Below are positions 1 to 8,900 of a DNA stretch of 15,258 nt, piece by piece. The stretch covers positions 1-15,258 of the forward strand of contig JANRKS010000025.1 of assembly GCA_033763315.1 (NCBI GenBank), given 5' to 3'. The translations under genes and the position numbers were made by a program. The notes under the pieces are model-generated. The model was not told where the DNA came from and ran no database searches. It saw only the letters and a list, made by a program, of their open reading frames with translations. Each line of letters opens with the position of its first letter. Within the stretch, counting starts at the first letter, position 1. The stretch comes from Deltaproteobacteria bacterium. GTDB lineage: Bacteria; Myxococcota_A; Polyangia; Fen-1088.

Positions 1-2900
1 TCGTAGCTCCTCCAGCAGCATGTCGCCAGCGCGCACGTAAACCGCGCTGACAGCTCCGCTGCCGCCCACCTCGGCCACGATGTGGCTCAAGCCACCGTGT
101 GTATCAACGACGAAATCCGTCACGACAGCAGCGCCGCCGCCTGCGGGCGTCACCGACGTGCGCACCAACACGCCGTCAACGTCATACGTATTCTGCACCA
201 CCGTACCGTCGGCCTTCGTGACCCTCACCAGCCGGTCTTCAAAGTCCCATTCGTACGCATCACCTGTGGGTCGCTGCGTTTGGTTGCCGTTTACATCCCA
301 CACGTATGGCTGTGCGTTTTCCGTCAGCAAACGTTGCCGCTCGTCGTAGCTATAAGCCACGTTCGCAGCGCCCGCCCCCGTGGTCACCTGCGAGCTACGG
401 TTGGATACTGCGTCGTAAGCAAACGTCTTCGTGTATTGCGGCCCACTGCCGCCGCTCACACCCTCGCCCACCAAACGCCCCACGTCGTCGTACGCGTACG
501 CCCTCACCGTGCCATCAGCTTCCGTGATGGCATCACGCAAGCCGCTGGCACCCAGTGTGTACGCATAGCTTGCAATCGTGGTGTCTCCCGCCACCTTGAA
601 CGTACGAATGTTTGTGAGGCGGCCACGGTTGTCGTGCGTGTAACTCGTCTGCACGCCGTTTGGCCGCACCAACGTTGCCAGCATCCCCTGCGCATTATGG
701 CTCATCGTGAACGCACGGCCCGCTGGGTCGGTGACACCCACCATGCGGCCCGCGCCATCGTAGCCGTACGTGGTGGTGAACACCTCAGCCCCGACCTTCG
801 CCGTCAGCGTTTCCTGACGGCCAGCGGAGTCATACGTGTATTCAACCTTGCGTCCCGCAGGATCTGTCTTCCGCAGCAACCGCTGGCTGTTGTCGTAGTC
901 ATACGTCGTGGCGCCCGCGGTGTTCGTTGCCGTCAACCTGCGGCCCATCACGTTGTAGGTGAACGCCACTGACGTGCTATCGGGATACGTACGCAGCGTT
1001 TGCCGGTTGTTCACGTCGTACGCATACGTCGTCACACGGCCCTGGAAGTCCTTCCGCGAAGCCACGTTGCCGGCCGCATCGTAGGTGCGCTCTTCAAACG
1101 CTCCATCGGGCAGCACGCGCTTTGTCTCGCGGCCCATTCGATCGTATTCGTAGTGTGTCGTGTGATTGGCAGCGTCGGTGGTGGCGATGCGGTTGCCCAC
1201 TTCGTCGTATGCGTAGCGGGTCACGTTCAAAAGCGGATCCGTCACCGCCGTCAGTCGACCAAGCTCGTCGTACGTATAGGTGGTGGTCTTGCCACGCTCA
1301 TCCGTTTGCGACACCTCGCGCCCCAAGAAGTCGAACACGCTTGACCGCGTGCTGCCACCCGGATTCGTCACAACCGTGGCGTTGCCCGTTTCATCCAACG
1401 TGAACTGAGTGACCCCGCCAAGTGCGTTCGTCTCCGAAACCTTACGCCCCGCCACATCGTAACCCGTCGACACAACCGCCCCCGAAGCATCCGTGCTCGA
1501 CGTCTGCTGCCCAGCCGCATCGTACGCAAACGTTGTGGTGCCGCGCCCGCTTTGGAACGACGCCACCACCCGTCCTGCCCCGTCGTACGTTGATTCGGAA
1601 TACGTGCCGTCAGGCCGCGTGGTGCGCAGCAAGCGGCCCACCTTATCGAACGTACTGCTGGTGGTTTGACCCGCCCGATCTTTGCGAGCCACCGCGCGAC
1701 CTTCGTTGTCGTAGGTTGTCTCGTCAAAGCTCCCGTCTTGATACGTCACCCTCGTCGCGCGGCCGTTGGTGTCATACGTGGTCGTGGTCACGTGGCCAAG
1801 TGCATCCGAAGACGTCACGCGGTTGCCAACCGCATCGTACGTGTAGTTGAGCTGCGACCCATCCGCCTGCACCACGCGCGTCTCCCGCCCTTGCCCATCG
1901 TACGTGTGCGTGGTCGTCAGCGTTTCGGTGCCCGCAGAAGTGGTGCGCGTGCGCACTTCCGTCAACGGCCGGTTGTTGGCGTCGTACGTGTATGTGGTCA
2001 CCCGCCCGAGAGCGTCCGTTTCGCTCGTCTTGTTGCCTTGATCGTCGTGCGCGTAGTTCGACACATGCCCCAACGCGTCCGTCATCTGGCGCATGTTGCC
2101 CAGGAAGTCGTATAGGTACGACGTTGTTTGACCCGGCCGTGGCCCCACCTGTGTCAGCAGGTTCCCTTGGACTGAATACGTTGACGTCGTCACGTTCCCC
2201 AGCGGATCTGTCGTCGTCAACACTTGGCCAAAGCCGTTGTATGTGTGCTCCGTCCGGTGACCCAGCCCATCCACTTCAGCCGTGACGTTGTCACGCGTGT
2301 CGTATTCATACTGCCGCGTGCGCCCGCTACCGTCGGTTTCCGAAAGCACGTTGTTAAGACTGTTGTAGGTGCGCAGCGTCTCGTGGCCTTCGCCATCCAC
2401 CTCGCGCACAACGTTGCCGCGTTCATCGAACCACAAGGTCTTCGTATACCCATTGCGGTCGATCACCGTTTCTTTGCGGTTGTCCAGGTCATGCGACAAC
2501 GAAATCGCGTGGCCCAGGGAATCCGTGGTGGATATGAGGCGCCCATCAGCATCGTAGTCGTGACGAATCGCGCGCACCCCTCGCGCATCAATGATGTCGC
2601 GCAGGTGGTGAATGCGCTGGCTGTCGTAGGCAAACCGCGTTTCATTGCCTTCACGATCTGTGAAGCCGGTCAGGTTGCCATCGGGATCGTATTGGTAAGC
2701 GTTTCGCTTGCCCATCGGATCCACAATGCCGGTGATCCGGTTTTCCTCATCGCGTTCAAACGTAATGCTCTTGCCAGATGAATGCGTGATGCCGTGGGCA
2801 TCGAAGGTCAAAGAATTGCCATTGCGGTCTGTAATGCTTGTGAAGCCATCGAACTGGTCGAACTCAAGTACGCGTCCATCTTGCAATGTCAAGCGATAGC
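1..2900 (-). repeat. RHS/YD repeat region of the giant ORF
   Basis: Many YD-type repeats, e.g. TYDAAGNVASRKDFQGRVTTYAYDVNNRQTLRTYPD (~975-1086), AYQYDPDGNLTGFTDREGNETRFAYD (~2625-2700) and YEWDFEDRLVRVTKADG (~205-255). Confidence 0.93.
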
Positions 2901-5900
2901 GGCGCGGATCAAACGGCTCGAAATCACCGTCGCTTCCGCTCCACAGCTCATAGCCGCCGCTTTCGCCTGGCTGAACAAACACGTCGCCGCCTGACACCAG
3001 CTCAAGCTTTGAGTTTGTTCCAGGTTTGGCAGCGAAACCGATGGTGACGAAATCCGGTGGCGAGAAGTACTCGCACGCATCAGACACCGTGGGCTCAAAC
3101 TCATGCATCCGGCCTTCCGGCGTGATAACCGTGACCACAAGCTTGCGGGCGGGCTGCACGCAGTAACGCGGCAGGAAGCCTCCCGTGCTGGCAGCGCCGA
3201 AACCCTTTCCGAGCACCGCGTTTTCGTAAACCCGCACGCGGTTCACGTCCAGGGTCCATCCGTGACCGAAATCGCCCTTTTGCGTATTGCGGCTGTCATA
3301 GCTGCGCAGAATTTGAATCGGCACGCCAGCCATAGGTACGTTGAGATCATCGAATGTGAGTGCCACGTGGCCAAGCTTCATCTGGTCTTTCACCAGCAGC
3401 TGCATCAGCGCCTCCGCCGAACGTCCCGCCGTATCGGTGGCCGCCAAGCGAATGTCATAGATGCCATTTTCAAGCAGTGTCGGGTCGAACTTAGCCAGCA
3501 CACCCGACAACGGCGTTGAACCCGTTGCGAACGTGGACCACTCGGCGCCCGGTGTGGTTGGACGCATCTCCAAACGCCAAGCGCTAAGAGTGCTGCTGGT
3601 GACGCTGCCTTCAAGGTTGGTAGGCGCCGTGACCACCGACAAATCCAGCGGCGAGCTGAACGCGACCGTGGGCGCCGCACCTGTGGCGGCTTGACCCGAC
3701 ACAACCACCTGCGTGTCATCAAAGGCGGACTGCTGGCCATCGTGCGCCGTGAGGCGCAGCGTGTACGTGCCCACTTCTTGGAATGTGGCTGTGGTCACCG
3801 CAGCCAAAGCGTTCGCGAAGGCGACAGGCCCCGGGCCCGAAACAAGCGACCAGCGAGCCACGGGTGTCGAGCCCGCCGGCTTGCCATCGTCACCGATTGT
3901 GCCTGCGAGCAGAGCCGTGCGGCTCGGCAACAACACGGATTGTGATGGGCCAGCGTCGATGATTGGTGCCAGGTTGCCGGGCAAAACGATCACCGTGGTG
4001 TCGTCCTGCGATGAAGCGAGGCCGTCTCCCACAACAAGCCTAAAGGTGTACGTTCCAGCAGAAGCGAACGTGACCACGGTGCTAAGCGCGTTAGGTTGAG
4101 CGATGGACGCAGGAAACCCGGACGTCTGGGTCCACTGGAAATGCAGCGAGTCTGACGGAATGCCATCATCTGTGGCTGAACCGGCAAGCACGACCTTGCC
4201 CGCGCCTGGAACTTCTGTTTGCTTGTCGGGGCCAGCACTGATGACCGGCGGCTGATTGTCGGCGACCACTCGTACGGACACCGTGTCAACGGCCGACGCA
4301 AGGGTGTCGCTGACCAACAGCTCGAACACATAATCCCCTTCCAAAGCCAGATCTACCGCTGCTGCTGCAGAGTCGTAGCCCAATACATTGACGAACGTCG
4401 GGCCTGAGACTTCACGCCACTGATATCTCAATTCACCTGAGGGCAGCCCGTCATCTAATGCACTCCCGGCAAGCAGGACGTGTGTACCGGGGGATACCGT
4501 CACGTCTGCGCCCGCGTTCACAGATGGGGGAACATTCTGGCCGTTGAAGCCAACGAATACGATCACGTCATCGCTCGACGAGGCCTCACCGTCACTGACA
4601 GCAAGGCGAAGGATATATGTGCCCGCAACCGGTAGAACGACGCTCGTTGAAAGACCGTTTTCGTTGCCAAAGCGCACGCCTGCGGGGCCGGAAATCACCG
4701 ACCAGGTGGGTAGCAACGTACCATTTTCGGGCAAGCCATCGTCTGTGGCTCGGCCAACCAAAGTGAGAAGGTTCTGCGGCCAGGAGAGTTGGATATCAGG
4801 TCCGGCGGACACCGCGGGAGCTGCGTTTGGCCCGAACGCTTCAAAGACCTGGACCACAGTGTTGTCGCTGCCGAAGCGCTCGCCGTCATCGGCAATCAGC
4901 TGCAGAGTATACTGCCCTGGCGAGCTGAACGTCACATCTGTGGCAAGGGACTGAGGTGCACTGAATGTAGCGGTACCCGGGCCCGCAATTTGAACCCAAC
5001 GAAGCACGAGCCCATTCGGGGGCGTAAGATCGTCTGTGACTGTTCCTGCAAGATGTGCAGTTAGCACAGGTGCTCGCGTGTTGAGGTCGGGCCCCGCGTT
5101 AACTACGGGAGCTTCATTGTTGGGTTGAACAACGACCTGAACCGAGTCTGTCGACTCGAGCTCACCATCCGTTGCCGCAAGCGAAAGAACATATGTGCCT
5201 GCTTGGGTGAAGATAGCGAGAGGCGAGACATTCGCGGGGTTCGAGAAAGACACCTGGCCAGGCCCCGTCGCCGTCCAGGATTGACTCAAGTAACCCCAAG
5301 GAAGGCCGTCGTCGACGACGTACGCGCGATCGAGCGATACAGCCGCTCCGCTGAATGAGAGCCGCACGTCATCAATTTCGAGGTCGTTCACCGGTCCGGT
5401 GTTTATATGGCTCTCAACAAATACATTGACCCATCTTGTGAAGCGCGGCACATGCAGACGAACCTTGTACCGCCCCCACCCCTGCGTGTACGCAAGCGGG
5501 CTTGAGGTGACCGTCCGTGCCGTTGATGTATTTGCTTCGTAGTTGAACTGGACCGTAACAACCGCGTAGTCGGGGTTCGTTTCGGGAGCCGTCCGCATGA
5601 CCAACTCCAGATCAACATCAACCAGATCTGCATCGACCAGCTGCGTCTTCTCGCCGATAGGTACACCTTGGAAAAGTGTGCCGTCTCCGCCGTCCGCGAT
5701 TCTATACACATCGCCATTTCTCAAGGCCTCTGTCGATGGCACCTTGTGCCAGTTGCCCGACACGGAACTCCAACCACGTTGCGATGTCCCCAGTGTCCGA
5801 AAAGCATCGACGATTTCATTGGCGCCCAACCGCACTGATATTGCGGGACCTGCTTCAACGTCAGGTGAATGGTTCGGACCTGTGGACGGAAGAACCGTGA

Positions 5901-8900
5901 CAACCAGGTCGTCGAGGCCACGCTCTTGGCCGTCAAAAGCCGCAAGCTGCAGGCGGTAGACACCCGGCGCAGGGAAGATGGCCGTGGTGGCTGGCGCTGT
6001 CGGATCAGCAAAGATCACCTTTTCGGGTATCGTCCCGCTCGACCAGCGATAGGTTAGCCCTGTGCCCGGCACGCCATCGTCGGTGGCGACGCCCGCAAGA
6101 GCGACGGAGTTATTGGGCAAAGCGATGGTTACATCTGATCCAGCAGATACCACAGGCGCCTCATTGGAAACGGCGCCCACTGATACCGTCGCTTCATCAA
6201 AGCGGCTCTCGACGCCGTCAGACGCTGTGAGGCGGAAAACGTATTGGCCCGGTTGAGGAAAGGATATGATGGTTTCAAGTTCGGACGGTTCCTCAATGTT
6301 GGCGGTTGCAGGCCCAGATGTTTGAGTCCAAACATGAGTCATCACGCCACTAGGCAACTGATCGTCCACCACGGTGCCAATCAATCTCACCGAGGCGCCT
6401 TCGGTTGGCTGATATACACCCATGCGACCGCGAGGCTCCACGTCGTTTAGGAAGCGAAACAAGCGGGAGGCGGGATCAGCGGCATCGACTGCATTCAGCG
6501 GCAAAGCACCGCAGAACATGAGCCAGGAAACGGAGTTGAACAGGAAGTGCTGTGATGAGGGCGCAAGCGCCGCGCACGAGCTGCCATAAGTCGACGTGCC
6601 GTCGATTTCAAATCCGTACCGCTTGAGAAAGGAACTCCAGACTGATGACTCTTCGGCTGGCGAATAAAACCCAGTCCCCAGGGTCAGGAAGACGTTGCCA
6701 CCCAAAGCGACGTAGGCATTCAATGTGTCGATATACTGCGCGTCGAGGTCGCCTACGAACAGGCCGTCGTAGGTCAACAGGCTTTCGAGATCTTTGCCAG
6801 AGCCATCAGAAGGCGACCATTCGTGCGAGTGCCCCGCCAAAGCCAGGGCCGCATGAAGCTCTTCACCATGGGGCCATTGGGGACCCGTTTGGAAGTCAAG
6901 GAATCTGCCACCACCAGCTGGAGCAAAGTAGTTGGCCAGATTCACAGCAAATTCCGCTCCGGATACACCCGGGGAAAAGCCCTGATTTGAAAGAATCCAT
7001 TCATCCGAGTCGACGACAACTTTTCCCCGCCCCGAAGCGTTTCGTACAAAGGCACGTTTATCCACACCCGCATCAACCTGGGGGGGCTGATTGGAAGGAG
7101 CCACCTCAATGGTGGCTTCATCAGAAGCTGACGAATAGCCGTCGGTCGCCGTGAGCTTCAAGACGTAGCTCCCAGGTGCAGAAAACGTCACGGTCGTGGC
7201 CGGAATAAACGGCTCCGTAATGGTGGCTGTGCCCGGTCCGGAAACAACAGTCCACTGCACAGACGCAAATCCAGCGCTGTTAACTACAGTTCCCGAAACG
7301 TTCGCTTGCATTGACGGCGTCACAACGTCAGGTCCGGCGTTGACAAGCAACGGCGGCTTGGCCGTTCCATCTACCGTGAAGCTAACATCGTCGCTCGATG
7401 TGAATTCTCCGTCCGAGACCGTCAACCTCAGAACATAAGTGCCCGGGTTTGGGAAACGGACGTTCGAATGGACGTCGTGCGGATTGTCGATGGCTGCGGC
7501 ATTTGCAGGGCTGACGTCTGCCCATGTAATGGACAAGCTTGCACCGATTGGCTGACCATCATCTCTGGCCACACCTTGCAACTGCGTATTTAAAGCATAG
7601 AGGTAACGATCAGCACCGGCGCTTGCGATGGGCGGCGCGTTCATAAATGAGTCGTCGTTCACGATCGTCGCAAAAGCCTCGGACCGAATGAGGCTGGCAC
7701 CACTAGTCTGTGACAAAAGCAACCCGAAAGATTCGTCGGATTCAATCGCAAAATCAGAATTGATCGTGACCTCAACCGTGGTTTCCCAGGCTCCCGCCAC
7801 AATCGTCGCCGTCCCGTTTGTCGGGACATAGTCGCTGCCCGCTGTCGCCGTTCCATCTTCAGTGGCGTAGTTGACGGTCACAGGATGAACGCTTGGCGCC
7901 GACAAACGAAGGTGAAACACCGCCTTCAACGGCGACGCGCTGTCTTCCACCACTGACACATCGTTCACAGTGAGCGACGGATCGCCTGTTCTAAAGTCGA
8001 AAAGGCGCCCGCCATTTTCCGCACCTTGGTTGTCGCGGGCGACCACACGCCAAAAATACCGTGTGTCATCGATGAGAGAGCTGGCATCAAAGTGCGCGCT
8101 GGCCGCATTCGCAGACACCGTCGAAAGCGTGCCAATGGCGTTGCCCATCGACCATAGATCGGCCTGCGGCGTTGTGCTTGCTTGGCTGTCCACACCACCA
8201 AAGACAAGCAATCGGTTGCGGTTAGCAGAATAGGCCGCCACGTGCCCAAGCCGCTGCGCAGGTGAGGCTTCGCTCGCTGCCTGCACCCTCGTCCACGTGG
8301 GTGCAGCCGCATTGTTCAAGTTCAGCAGCCAACTGTCCTTCAGGCCGATGCTGTCATTGTTGACCACGGCGCTGCTGCCACCATGAACCAAAAGCCGCCC
8401 AGCTACAGGTTCGAGTGACAATGAATGCCCCCACCGCCCTGCAGGGCCTACGCCGCTGATGTTGAGCTTTTGCCACGTGGGAGTTCCAGAACGACTGGCG
8501 GCGCCATTCAAAACCCACACATCAGATAGAACAGTTCCCGTCGCCGATCGACCTCCGAAAAGGTAAAGGCGATCCGCTGCCGCATCGTAAGCCAAGGCCG
8601 CGCTCGCTCGTGCTGCAGGCCGGGTGCCTGCCACTGCAAGAGGCTGCCAGCTGGGCGTTCCGCCACCCGCAACGTTGTTGAGCACCCACACATCATTCGT
8701 TGGCAAGCTGGCCGCCTCTGGAATGCCACCAAACACGATCAGTTTGTGAGACACCTGATCGTAGGCCGCCGCGTGTTCACGCAAAGCCACGGGAGAGGCG
8801 GGCAGCGCGGTCCACGCTGCGGGTCCCATGCTTAGACCTGTCACAACTTTCGCGTCTGCCAGGGATGAAGCGCATGTGCCGGCACAGCCACCATGAATCA

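Noticed and set aside
1-2900. Frequent GTCGTA/ATCGTA/CGTACG words suggesting a DNA repeat or CRISPR array
   Set aside because: They are reverse complements of Tyr-Asp and Thr-Tyr codons in YD repeats. There are no constant-length repeats with unique spacers.
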